Shown here one piece after another: positions 50,769 through 63,694 of a stretch of 64,000 nucleotides of DNA. Position 1 is the first letter of the stretch; the number at the start of each line of letters is the position of its first letter. A model generated the notes under the pieces. The model worked only from the letters and a program-made list of their open reading frames with translations, made no database searches and was not told the DNA's origin. The DNA is taken from positions 992,001 through 1,056,000 of the forward strand of contig NC_135823.1 of assembly GCF_964213995.1 (NCBI RefSeq). Reading direction: 5' to 3'. The translations under genes were made by a program, and so were the position numbers. This DNA comes from Mustelus asterias. Its lineage: Eukaryota.

Positions 50769-52239
50769 TGATTTCCTGGCCACCTCAGTCCTGATTAATA
50801 GAATCATAGAATCCTTCAGCGCAGAAGGAGGCCATTCGGCCCATCGAGTCTACACCAATGATACAATCCCACCCAGGCCCCATTACCGTAACCCCACATA
50901 TTTCCCCTGCTAATCCTTTAACATTAGGGTCAATTTAGCATGGCCGATCAACATTACCGCACATCTTTGGATTTTGCAATTTAATTGCTGGGGAGGCGAA
51001 GGCCCAGTGGCATTATTGCGAGACTGTTAATCAGAATAGTGAATTCCAGTGTTTGACATCTGCAGCCAAGTCTGTGTGTGATGCTCTGCAACTGGAACAC
51101 TGCAAAACTGAGAGATCCTGTTTCGAACATCATTTCCCATCTCAAGAGTAACTTGTCAACGTCTGGTACGCGATTTCCGCCCTTCAATATGTTCTGCACA
51201 AATCAGAATGGGTTAAGAGAGACGTGTCTTTCGGATGCTCACAGTAAACAGTCGCTGTCAACAAATATATCTCCTGTAAGCTCTACTGACTCGCCTCTTC
51301 ATCATTCAATGCGCCAAGATTTCTGATGAATTATCCAAACACTAAGCTGTTCATTTTGGAACCCATTCTGACTTTAATTCATTCTACATCGCTCTACACA
51401 TGAAAACGAATGCAACTTGTTCTCATCTTCCAACTTTCTTCACTTCTCCTGAAGATTCCTTGACAAGTGTTGCTCAGGAGGCTTGCCGAGAATTTTCAGC
51501 ACACATTTCCTGCTTTTACTTGATCCTTCGGTCAACTTTCCCATCACTGAATACCATCAAATTTGACCTGGCTACATTTTGTAACATCCAACCAGACAAT
51601 ACCTGCAGCGATGAAAGAGACTATTTGACCCATGGAGTGTCCGAAATAACATCCCACCCAAACTCTCCCCTCTGCCCTATCCCGGTAACCACATTTATCA
51701 TGGCCAATCCACCTACATATCTTTTGACACGAAGGGACAAATAAGCATGGCCATCCATCTGGCCTGCACAAAGTCTTTGGGCTTTGGTGGTAGAAAACCC
51801 GGGAGAGTGCAGACTCCACGGAGACAGTCACCCAAGAGGGGAATTCAACCCAGGCCCCCGGCTCTGTGACGCAGCAGTGTGCCACCGTGCCCCCAAAATG
51901 AATGGCTGGTACCGGGACCGAACCCCCAATCTTGGTGTTTTCAGCACAACGTGAGATATATAACCAGTTGAGTGCTGGGAGGGAAAATTATTTCAGTGCC
52001 CCTAAGTGGCTGGAAATCGGATGAATACTTAGTTGATTTCGTCTGTACATGGTAACAACGAATCGGGCGCCATTAGTAATCGACCTTCCAGCGTCGTACA
52101 CGACCTCCGGGAACATATGTTGCAATGGGGCAGGTTGTAAATGTTATACTATAAGAACTCGGAAACGGCCGTCCTCTGAAGAGGTGGCTCTTTCTGAGAA
52201 TTCACCTCCCTTGTTAGAACGGTATTAAAATGTCTTGTC

Positions 52240-52830
52240 ATGCTGCATCCAGTCGGGGTCTCATCGCAGTTGGCTCTTCCTCGAGGGATCCCGGAATTCG
52301 GTAAGCAGTAATCCTCTCCAAATTATAGAAACTAATAATTTTCCCGGAGTGTGGCGACTCGGGATTTTCATGTTAACTTCACAGCAGTGTTAACGTAAAC
52401 TTATTTGTACGACGTGAATAAATAAACGTTAAAACATTAAATACACGTTTTGCAGAGACTACGTACAGCGTTTGAGAATAGCACTGGAAAATTCAGCGCA
52501 GTGTTAATTTACGTTTTTAAGTTTATTGATGAGTGTCATAGTCGACTTACATTAACACTACAATTAATTTTGTTTCAGCGTTTCCTGTTTACCGCTCAGG
52601 AGCCTACCCACATCTCAGCCCGCAAAGGGAAACACTTCACAGCTCTGTGTTAAACACTGGTGAAAGGCGGTGTGCATCAAAACTGATTCAAACTGAGGAG
52701 CAAAGGCAATGTCCTTGAACTGAACAACCTTACTGCTTGTTGCATTCCCCTGGGCACGGGGGTATCGCCCTAATTCCGACTATGTTTTCTTCATTCTGAA
52801 AATATTCTGCTTTCAAAAATAGCGTAGCAC
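52240..52830 (+). pseudogene. Gene C fragment: decayed leader + Ig V exon of a divergent receptor
   Basis: Phase-1 exon 52240-52300 (MLHPVGVSSQLALPRGIPEF|gtaagc); acceptor tgtttcag at 52578, then AQEPTHISARKGKHFTALC*...N*(W)FKLR...FILKI (V-set Q-x-P, G, C and W-F-K pattern, degenerate). Confidence 0.5.
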
Positions 52831-54604
52831 AATGAAGAAAGGTAGAAACATCAACTGATGTCAAAATAATTTTTACAACCGGCTTCCCTGTCTTCCTCTT
52901 TGTATTGCGACTATTCATCACGAGCTGCGGGCCATCTACGCCCGGCGGCTGTTGATATGTTTTGCAGGAATCTCCTCACATTCACTCTTCATCCCACCCC
53001 ATCAACACATGATTTTATTCCTTTCGCCTTCATTTGTTTATCCAGCTACTGCTTACTTGCGCATCGGCTCATGGGCGAAAGGACTCAGTGTGGGAGCCAC
53101 TTCCGCATTCTCTCCACTCGCTGAGTGAGCAAGTTCCTCATGAAACTCCAGCTGTCGTCATGAGCGACGATTAGCGGTATTTCTCTCCCAACAAGACCCG
53201 ACTCATCATTTCACATTTTGCAATCGGTTTAGAAGCTGGCAGAATCCCTCCGGTGCAGATGGGGCCCATAGGATCTTCGAGCTTGCGCCGAGTGCACCAA
53301 AGAACATTCAACACAGGCCCTGAAACACCCACATGTTTCCCGTGCCAAATCTCCAAATCTTCGCACACGAAGGTGCAATTTACCATGCGCAGTCCACGTA
53401 ACCTGCACATTTGTGAGCTCTAGGGGACACGGTAGCACGGCCAATGCGCCTAAACTACACATATTTGGATCTTTCGACACTAAGGAACAATTTAGCATAT
53501 CTAACCCACCTAACATGTACATCTGTGGACAAAAACGAGCAGCTTAGCACGGCCATTCCCGCTAACTTGCACACTTGTAGACATTCAGGGGAAATTTAGC
53601 ATGGCCAACCGACCTAACCTGCACATCTTTGGACTGTGGGACGAAATCGGAGCACTCTGAGGAAACCCACACAGTCATCGGGAGAACGTGGAATCTCCAC
53701 ACAGACAATCACCCAAGGCCGGAATCGAACCCGTGTCCCTGGCTCTGTGAGGCAGCTGTGATAACCACTCTGCTACCGTGCCATCGCGTTTAGGCATTTA
53801 TTTGCTGCAGGACTGGATCACTGCTGGTTGAATTCCTGTCAAGGTATTTGTAGCTCCTCAACGAGTTTGAACATTTCTTTATCCCCCCTCCCCCGGAGCC
53901 CCCCAATACGCACACACACACACACACACACAAACACACACGCACACGCCAGCTAACTGTTATGCCTTTTGTCCATCAAGCCGCTTTATCAGACATGCGG
54001 AATCATACAGGTGTGTGGCATATATGGAATGCTGGAAAATCAGGTGAAATCGCAGGCCGAACCAGGAATAAACTTTGAGGATGTAATTTCGACAGCATAC
54101 TTATAATTTTACCGACATTTTCTGAGAAATATTTTATATCAGGGAGCAGTCCCGCCATTAGTACCAATGAATACGTCGTTATCAATTTGAATCAAAATTA
54201 ATTGTGTCATTCGAGGACTCAGCAACTGTCAAATAGTCTCAAGGCTGAATGATGTTTAAGTTTAAACTGAGGCCAGAGTCAAGCCATGACACTGTTGAGA
54301 CATTTCCGTCCTGGGAGTGCTTCAAGGTCCAGGCGCAATGCAACTACAACTGGATGACCAAAACTGTACATAATACACCAAGTGCAGCCTCACCAACGAC
54401 TTACACAACTGCAAGTTGAGCCTGAGTTTGGAATATTAATGGGTCAAATTGATCAAACTGCTTAAAAAGACTGAATATAGCGAGGAGCTCGAGTGGACGA
54501 ATATCTATCCTCTCTGTACGGAAGGTGTGACGAGAGAACAAGATGGGAGTGGAGGTTGAACAAAAACAGAAAATATTGGCAAATCTCATCAGATGTAACA
54601 GCAT

Positions 54605-56000
54605 TTGTGGAGAGTCATAGAGGTTTACAGTCCGGAAACAGGCGCTTCGGCCCAATTTGGCCATGCCATCCCTTTTCAACCACTAAGGTAGTCCCAATTT
54701 CCAGCATTGGCACATATCTTTCCATACCAATCTTACCCATGTAAGTGTCTCGATGCATTTTAAAAGTTACAATAATATCTGCCACGACGACTACCTCTGG
54801 CAGCTTGTTCCAGATACTCACCATCCTCTGTGTGAAATAAATTCCCCTCTGCTTCCTTTTGTATCTCTCCCCTCTCACCTTAAACCTGTGCCCTCAAGTT
54901 GTAGACTCCCCTACCTTTGGGAAAACATATTGTTATCAAGCAAATCTATGCCCCTCATGCTTTAGATACCTCTATAAATCACCCCTCAGCCTCCTACACT
55001 CCAGGTAAAAATGCCCCAGTCTGCCCAACCTCTCCTTATAAACTAAACCATCAAGTCCCGGTCGCATCCTGGTAAATCGTTTCTGCACTCTTTCCAGTTT
55101 CATAATATCCTTTCTATAACAGGGTCTCCGGAACTGTACACAGTATTCCAAGTGTGTCTTTATCAATATTTTGGACAACTTCAAGAAGACGTCCCAGTCC
55201 TGTATTTAATTTTCTGACCAATGAAACCAAGCATGCTGAATGCCTTCTTCACCACTCTGTCCACCTGTGACTCCACTTTCAAGGAGCTATGAACCTATAC
55301 CCCTCGATCTCTTTGTTCTATAACTCCCCCCAACGCCGTTTCATTAACTGAGTAAGTGCTGCCCTGGTTAGATCTACCAAAATGGGTCACCTCACATTTA
55401 TCCAAATTAAACTCCATCTGCCATACATCAACCCACTGGCCCAATTGTTCAAGATCGCGTTGCAATCCTAGCGAACCTCCTTCACTGTCCACTGGTCACC
55501 AATCTTGGTGTCATTTGCAAACTTACCAACCATATTTTAGTTTTTCGATGTTTCTATTAGGTAGGCCTAAAAGGTAGGGATATGTTCGGCACAACTTGTG
55601 GGGCCGAAGGGCCTGTTTTGTGCTGTAGTTTTTCTATGTTTCTATGTTTCTATGCCTCCTAAATGTTGATCAAAATCATGAATATATAAGGAACATAACA
55701 GTGGACACAGCACTGATCCCTGAGTCACACCGCTGGTAAGAAGTTTAACAACACCAGGTTAAAGTCCAACAGGTTTATTTGGTAGCACAAGCCACACAAG
55801 CTTTCGGAGCTCCACTCACCTGAAGAAGGGGCTTGGAGCTCCGAAAGCTTGTGTGGCTTTTGCTACCAAATAAACCTGTTGGACTTTAACCTGGTGTTGT
55901 TAAACTTCTTACTGTCTTTACCCTAGTCCAACGCCGGCATCTCCACATCATCACACCGCTGGTCACAGGCCTCCCCTTTGCAACCACCCTCTGTCTTAGA
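54605..56000 (-). mobile_element. CR1 3' fragment with nested insertions
   Basis: HLEYCVQF and WQMEFN motifs in ORFs 54972-55184 and 55295-55492; a short plus-strand CR1 tail is inserted at about 55545-55655. Confidence 0.85.
55736..55950 (+). mobile_element. Penelope-type non-autonomous fold-back element
   Basis: 79-bp inverted arms 55736-55814 and 55834-55912; flanking direct repeat TCACACCGCTGGT; CTGAAGA...GAAA motif; related partial copy at 62828-62942 (-). Confidence 0.7.
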
Positions 56001-58938
56001 GAGAACAGAGCTAACGTTTCGAATCTGAATGACCCTACATCAGATCTCATGTTTTCACGCATGATTTTCCATGCACAACAGAGGTTTGAATTTAGACCAG
56101 AGAACTGATAATTCAAGTGGGTTGAACACATAATTTTTCAAATGTAGAGGGGGCGTGTTTTTCTCCCATCGACAAAATATGGCACTGTGGTTAGCACTGC
56201 TGCCTCACAGCCAGGGACTTGTGTTCGATTCCCGACTTGGGTGACTGTCTGTGCGCAGCCTGCACGTTCTCCCTCGCGTCTGCGTGGGTTTCCTTCGGCT
56301 GCTCCGGTTTCCTCCCACAGTGCGAGCGACGGGTTATTGAGGTGCTTCGGCCATGTTAAATTTTCCCTCGGTGTACTCAAACAGGCGCAGGAGTCTGGCA
56401 ACTGGGAAATTTTCACAGTAACTTCACTGTGGTGTTAATGTAAGCCTACTTGTGGCACTAATATATAAACTTAAGCTTCAAATTAAAATTAACATCTGGA
56501 ACTCGCACCCACAAATAGCTGGTGAGGCGGGGGTCAATTAAAACTTGCAGAACTGCGATGGATGGATTGTTCTTTGGTAAGTGGATAGAGGGTTTTCGGT
56601 ACAAGCCGAATGGATGCAGTTTAGATCAGTCATAGCAGAACAAACTCATTGAGGGCTGAATGACCTCCTCTTATGTTCCTATAAACGCAGTGGCTCCAAG
56701 TATTGAATGGCGAGTTAAGGACTGAGGTCAAGACGACAATCACACACAGAATGATCGGTATTGGGAATGGTGCTCCAGATACAGCGAATTTGGAGGTGTT
56801 CTGAGGCAAAATCATGAAATATTCGAAGGAACAATGGTTTTCTTGATGGGTGGTAAGGGCTAAACCGTATGGGGTGCATGAACTGAGCAGAGTGGACATT
56901 TCATTCTACCTATAGTAACATGTACCTTCAAATGCTCTCGCAATTTCCGTGTAGAATGTTCCTGTTTGAGCCGAACAGGGTGATGTTCAATTAAAAACAG
57001 TTCCATGCGTTTGAAATGGAAATCACACGAGAATCTTGATTGGCCAGAGTTTAACAACCAACTCCATTACCGTGCAATAATCACCACAACGTGTGGATAA
57101 AATTCACTTAACCGTGTTATCCGACGGGAATATGGATTGCAGATAACACTTTCTTGAAGAAAAAGGAAATCTGTGTCCAGTACCAGGATACAACTAGTTA
57201 GGGCTTGGGGTGCACTCGACACTGCAGATTGCATATTCATACGGCTCAAGTCCCCAGCCAGTTGCTCAGCTGCCTTGTCAATCCTTAACCCCACTTGGAA
57301 CGCACACGCATTCACCCCAAAAATGGCTTGGTTAATTAGCCACCCGAACACACATTCTGTGTGAACCCTTCAAGAAGCGAATCACACGGCTTAAATTGCT
57401 TTTCATGCCCTGTTTTAATAAATTGCATTGTGCTTTGCTCACAGACCGTATAAAATGCAGAATGGAATTGTCGACACCGATACAGGGAATTGGAAACCTG
57501 GAAAGACTCAAGTTGAACCGCAAGCGATATTTAATTGTAGAATAATTAGCATTAGGAGAAAATTCTGTTTACGCTTTGGGCGCCATCGGAGAAATTCAAC
57601 TGCAATTCCGCCTGCAGTTGAACATTCAAAACTTTGAATGCCATAAGACCTGAAGTTTCTCCAACACTAGATATCCAGGCATCACACGGCGAACACTCTC
57701 TCTTTCCTCTCCAGTTAGAGTGTTGGGCCCTCGTTGAAGGCCAGGTGAACGTAAAGTGTCTGTGGATGAAAATAAATCTGTAATGTAATCTGCACCACTA
57801 GTATAGGGATAGGTGAGGCCATTGAAACCAGGGGAGCATAGAACCCCTGAAAGAGATTTTTTAACAAGCCCTGTCCCCGCTGTATGCCAGTTAGCCCGCG
57901 TGTTTACCATGGCTAATCCATCGAACCTTCACATTTTTGGACACGAAGGGGCAATTTAGCATGGCTTATCGATCTAATCTACATATCATTGGACCCGATG
58001 GGGCAATTTAGGATGCCTAATCCATCTAACGTGCAGGTCTTTGGACCCTAAGGGTGAATTCTGCATGACTAATCGACCGATTTTGCAAACACTTGGACAG
58101 TGAGGAGAAATTTAACGTGGCCAATCCACCTAACCTGCACATCTTTGGGCTCAAAGGGGTAATTTAACATGGCCAATCCCCGCATCTTTGGACACTACGG
58201 GGCAATTTACCATGGCCAATCCACCTAACCTGCACATCTTTGGACACGAAGGGGTAATGTAGCATAGCATATCCCCCGATCTTTGGGCAACAAAGGACAA
58301 CTTGGCATGGCCAAACCATTAACCTACGCATTTTCGGACTGTGGCAGGAAACTAGAGCACCTGGGGGAACCCCACGCTACACAGGGAGAACATGCAAATG
58401 CCGCACAGAGAGTCACCAAAGGCCAGAGTTGAACCCAGGTCCCTGGATTTGTGTGTCAGCAGTGTTTAACACTTTGCCACCGTGCCACCCAATCCAGATG
58501 ATGGCTGATGGACAGCTTACTTACATACACCACCCCCACCCCTACCCCTGCCCCCCATATTTATATAATCCTTAATCCACTCGCTGACAATAATCTACCC
58601 TTCTCAGTTTTGATAGTTCCGATTTTTGGTGGCGACTGTTCCAGAATTCCACTCCTCCTATTGTAAAGAAGTGATTTCCGAGCACACCTCCGAACGTTTT
58701 GTTTATCATTTTAATTTTCTGCCTCCTTGACAGGAGACGAAGAGAGGACTTCCTTCCTCTAACCCTGTCCTATAGATTTGTGTAATCATCGACAGCATCT
58801 CAATCCGATTACTCCGAAATCTTCTGTACTGGGGGCTATGCAAACCTCGTCTCTACTATGCGGTCGTGAACACGATGCAAAACCTTGTAAACAAAAATAA
58901 AAATACATGATTTTACAATGGCTGCGAATAATGGCTGT

Positions 58939-59288
58939 GGGCGGCACGGTAGCAGAGTGGTTCGCACTGCTGCTTCACAGCTCCAGGGACCTGGGTTCCA
59001 TTCCCGGCTTGGGTCACTGTCTGTGTAGAGTTTGCACATTCTCCTCGTGTCTGCGTGTGTTTCCTCCGGGTGCTCCGGTTTCCTCCCACAGTCCAAAGAT
59101 GTGCGGGTTGGGTTGATTGGCCAAGCTAAAATTGCCCTTCATGTCCTGGGATGCGTAGGTTAGAGGGATTAGTGGGTAAATATGTAGGGATATGGGGGTA
59201 GGGCCTGCGTGGGATTGTAGTCGGTGCAGACTCGATGGGCCGAATGACCTCTTTCGGTGCTGTAGGAATCTGCTAAGATTCTAAGATT
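58939..59288 (+). mobile_element. HE1-type tRNA-derived V-SINE, full length
   Basis: A/B-box head GGGCGGCACGGTAGCAGAGTGG...GGTTCCATTCC, V-domain core, CR1-type tail. Others at about 1525-1810(-), 47974-48335(+), 51640-51892(-), 59560-59893(-), 61728-61965(+), 63290-63605(-). Confidence 0.85.
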
Positions 59289-59289
59289 T

Positions 59290-60630
59290 ACACACATGGA
59301 ATCGTCAAATGGGCAGAGAAATGACAGATGGAATTTAACCCTGAAATGAGTGAGGTGACACATTTTGGAAGAAGAAATTTGTCAAGGAAGCACCCAATGA
59401 ACACTATGATAGTAGGATGTACCATGGAATAAAGAGACCTTGGCGTTGTTGTCCACAGGCCTCTGAAGGTGGAAGGACGTTTTAGGAGGGAGGTGAAACA
59501 GGCATATGGGACATTTGTTTTTATCAATCGAGGGATTGACTACAAAAGCAGGGAAGTCATAGAATCATAGAAACCCTACAGTGCAGAAGGAGGCTATTCG
59601 GCCCATCGAGTCTGCACCGACCACAATCCCACCCAGGCCCTACCCCCATATCCACCCGCTAATCCCTCTAATCTACACATCTCAGGACACTAAGGGGCAA
59701 TTTAAGCATGGCCAATCAACCGAACCAGCATATAGTTGGACTGTGGGAGGAAACCGGAGTACCTGGAGGAAACCCACGCAGACATGAGGAGAATGTGCAA
59801 ACTCCACACAGACAGTGACCCAAGCCGGGAATCGAACCCACGTCCCTGGAGCTGTGAAGCAGCAGTGCTAACCACTTTGCTACCGTGCCGCCCTCAGCCT
59901 AACCTCATAAGGCATGCCACTCATGTTGGAGTTGTATAGAACTTTGGTGAGGTCACAGCCAGTGTACTGTGTTCAGTTCTGGTCACTACATTTTAGGAAG
60001 GATGTGATTGCACTGGAGGGGATGCAGTGGAGATTCACCAGGATGCTGCCTGGGATGGAACATTTGCGATATAAACAGCGGTTGAGTCGGCTTGGGTTGT
60101 TTTCATTGGAACAGAGAAAACCGAGGGACGAACTGATCGGCATGTACAAGATTATGAGGGACACTGAAAGAGTGGACAAGGAACAGTTGTTCCCCTTAGT
60201 TGAAGGGGCAGTCACAAGGGGACAGCGGTACAAGGTGAGTGGCAGGAGGTTAGAGGGATTAGCGGGTAAATATGTGGGGGTATGGCCTGGGTGGGATTGT
60301 GGTCGGTGCAGACTCGATGGGCCGAATGGCCTCCTTCTGCACTGTAGGGTTTCTCTGATTTCTATGATAGGTTTATGGGGGATGTGAGGAAAAACGTTTT
60401 TTACCCAGAAGGTGGTGATGGTCTGGAATATGCGGACTGGGAGGTTGCATCGGCGGGTTGCCTCGTAGTCATTATAAAGTACCTGGATGAGCACTTGGCA
60501 CATCTCAACATTTTAGGTAAAGGGCCAAGTGCTGGCAGATGGAATTAGCTGGGAGTCCAAGTGTTTCTAGTGTGTTCGTGCGGACTTGATGGGCCGAAGG
60601 GCCTCGTCTGCGCTGTATGATTCTCCGGTT
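59290..60630 (+). mobile_element. CR1 3' fragment interrupted by HE1-type SINEs
   Basis: LYRTLVRSQPVYCVQFWS motif; SINEs at 59560-59893 (-) and 60248-60370 (+). Confidence 0.85.
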
Positions 60631-61264
60631 CTCTGAGACTTGGCACATTGTTTCTCTCTCCACATATGCTGCTGAACTTGCTGACTTGTTCCAGGATTTC
60701 CTGTTTGTGTCATGAATTCTAAATCATTGATTACTTTTTTTCTGAAAATTATCCGTGTGTAATGGCAATGATAATTCCATTCATTCACCTCTTGATTCAG
60801 TTTGTGCTCTTTCGAACCTGTCTGTTCCTCGCTACTGTTCACGGTGCCTGTTAGAAAGAGGAATTTAAGTTCAATCTCAATGGCCATACTGAAACCGATC
60901 AAGGTGCAAATAATGACGTTCAAATGGACGGATTGAGAGCGCGAATAGTTCAAGCATCTCCCAACTATCGCTCCCTCTCTGCAGGTTCCTGAAGCCCCTT
61001 CATGCGGCAACAACAACCAATCCCAGAAGAATTGTCGCTACAGACAAAGCCCTGGAAAGCAGGAAAATGCGATTTGTCTGGAGTGGAGAATCTGCAAAAG
61101 GAAAAATAACTTCGCTAAAGTAATGAATTGTGGAAATGATTAAACAAGTGGAGAATTTGCTTAACTTTTCCTCACCCGAAAACAGAAATAGGATTTGTCG
61201 ATGATACTTTCATTTATTAGAGCAGATATAATATAGAGCACTTTTTCAACAGGGCACGGGTGAG

Positions 61265-62790
61265 GTATTGGGGTGAGAGAGGGAAAGAGAGAGATAATTG
61301 ACAGAGATCTTATAGAGAACATTTAGAACAGGAGAGATATAAATAAATAGATAGATTGACAGAAGGAGAGATCCATCGATATAGCAGAATCAGAGTGGAA
61401 CTCCGGTCAAACATCACACAAGTAGAAAGATTGATGGAGCAGGGCTCGTACAAAACGGTTCCACTTGGATAGGAAAACAGAAACAAATAGAGAGAGCATC
61501 ATCGCATGAAATTGATACAGCGAAAGATAGAAGAGAGATAGAGCCACAGGAATATGGAGAGACAGGGGTGGATGTTAAGATGGAGCGCCAAGTAACTGAG
61601 GCAGAAAAAGGAGAGATATAGATCACTGGAACAATCAATAGAAAGAGGTAGAGAGAAAGACAACGAGCGAGAGAGGGAGATGCAGAGAGTGGGGTGAAAA
61701 GCAGACTGACAGAGAGAAAAGAATATCTGTCTGGGTTTCCTCCGAGTGCTCCGGTTTCTTCCCACATTCCAAAGATGCGCAGGTTAGGTTGATTGGCCAT
61801 ACTAAATTGCCCATCGTGTCCCAGGATGTGGAGGATAGAGGGATTAGCGGGGTAAATGTGTGGGGTTGTGGGGATTGGGCCCTGGGTGGGAAAGTTGTTG
61901 GTGCGGACTCGATGGGCCGAATGGCCTCCTTCTGCACTGTAGGGTTTCTATGATCCGAAGATTCTATGAATGCTTATGCAGCATTAGGAGAGAGTTGCAT
62001 AGATAGGGACGGAGAGGAAGAGAGGAATGGAGAGCCAGGCAAAGCCAGGCGAGAGAGAGAGAACGAGAGAGAAGGAGATCTTACAGGGAACGTTTAAATA
62101 AGAAGAGAATTAAACAGACAGATCGACAGAAGGAGATATTCATTAATAGAACGGAAATTTGACATAACTCAGTTTAACAGGGACACAAATACATCTATAG
62201 ACAGAGAAGGTCTAAAAGAAAATGGTAGAACTCGGAGAGAAACAGATCAGTACAGCATGATCGCGTGAAAGAGATATGAAAAAGAGAGAAACAACACAGA
62301 GGAATAGATGTACATGAAGAGAAATTGGTCGCTGTTTAGATGGAGAACCATGTAACTATGAGAGAGAAGGGAGAGGCAGAGATACAAGGATTACAAGAGG
62401 GGTCAATAGAGAGACAGAAAGAAGACATAGAGATAGAAACAGAAAGACAGGTAGCGACAGAGAGAGACAGCCGGCAAGAGCAAGACGGAGAGCGACAGAG
62501 AGGCAGAGAGACAGAGAGGGAGAGATCGAGAGAGATAAAGAGGCAGNNNNNNNNNNNNNNNNNNNNNNNNNNNNNNNNNNNNNNNNNNNNNNNNNNNNNN
62601 NNNNNNNNNNNNNNNNNNNNNNNNNNNNNNNNNNNNNNNNNNNNNNNNNNNNNNNNNNNNNNNNNNNNNNNNNNNNNNNNNCACAGAGAGAAACACTCAC
62701 ACACACACACACAGATACAGAGTGAGAGAAATAGAGAGAGGGAGAGGGAGGGAGAAAAAGAGACGCAGAAATGGGAGAAGAAGACATACT
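61265..62790. repeat. GA-rich low-complexity region containing a 135-N assembly gap (62547-62681)
   Basis: (GA)n-rich sequence and an N run. Confidence 0.9.
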
Positions 62791-63694
62791 GACCAAGGAA
62801 AATAGCTTTAACTGACTCTGGGAATGTCATGATGTGGAGATGCCGGCGTTGGACTGGGGTAAACACAGTAAGAAGTTTAACAACACCAGGTTAAAGTCCA
62901 ACAGGTTTATTTGGTAGCAAAAGCCACACAAGCTTTCGAGGCTATGTAATCAGACGTTTCAATTTCACGCATCGCCAAATCAGCCACTGACCACTAACTA
63001 TGTCAATATGGCCGAGTCATTCAGAAGAACACAAGCAATAGAAGCAGCAGGAGGCCACCCAGACCTCCCAGGCCGCTCTGCTATGTAATAACATCATGGC
63101 TAATCTTCAGCAAATCCTCCAGTTTCCCGCCCGTCACCCAAATCCATCAATCCACTGGCGCTCACAATGCTATCTCACTGACTGAACCTCCACGACTCTC
63201 TGGGTTACAATAAAGAGGAAGTACGTCTTCAGAAAGCGAAACCCTGAACTTTTAAGAAGCCTGTGATAGATTAATGATTGATTGGATTCATAGAATCATA
63301 GAATCCGGACAGTGCAGAAAGAAGCAATTCGGCCCATCGACCATGCACCAACAAAAATCCAACCCAAGGCCTATAATCCCATAACCCCACTTATTTACCC
63401 TGCCAATCCCTCTGACACTAAGGGGCAATTTAGGATGGCCAATCCACCTAACGTACATATCTTCGGACGTGGGAGGAAACCAGTGCACCCGGAGGAAACC
63501 TACACATGCATAGGGGAACGTGCAGACTCCACTCAGACAGTGTGGAATTGAACCTGGGTATCTGGCGCTGTGAATTAGCAGTGCTAGCCATTGGGTTAAC
63601 GTGCCTTCAATTTCCATGGAGGCAATCGGAAATAGAGGCACTAGTAATTTACAAGGATGGGCTACTCTTCGTAAAAGTTAGCACTGAGTAGTTT

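Larger units (their letters stand above)
57715..61091 (-). pseudogene. Gene D fragment: TM exon + two cytoplasmic exons of another receptor
   Basis: Phase-consistent exons: 61091-60966 DSPLQTNRIFLLSRALSVATILLGLVVVAA*RGFRNLQRGSD (weak donor), 60847-60789 TVNSSEEQTGSKEHKLNQE, 57759-57715 TLYVHLAFNEGPTL*. No ectodomain exons found in the window. Confidence 0.6.

Noticed and set aside
52280-52299. XhoI-BamHI-EcoRI site cluster resembling a polylinker
   Set aside because: No vector sequence around it and it lies in a putative leader exon; probably coincidence.
56990-57050. CCAAT box plus TTTGAAA suggesting a promoter
   Set aside because: No associated exon or CpG island; such short motifs arise by chance.
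57900-58340. Regular ~45-bp repeats that might suggest a CRISPR array
   Set aside because: Tandem SINE-internal units with no unique spacers, in vertebrate DNA.
58939-59020. tRNA-like sequences with A/B boxes
   Set aside because: They are SINE heads followed by the SINE core, not tRNA genes.
62336-62866. ORFs spanning the N gap and GA/CA tracts
   Set aside because: Low-complexity and gap artefacts.
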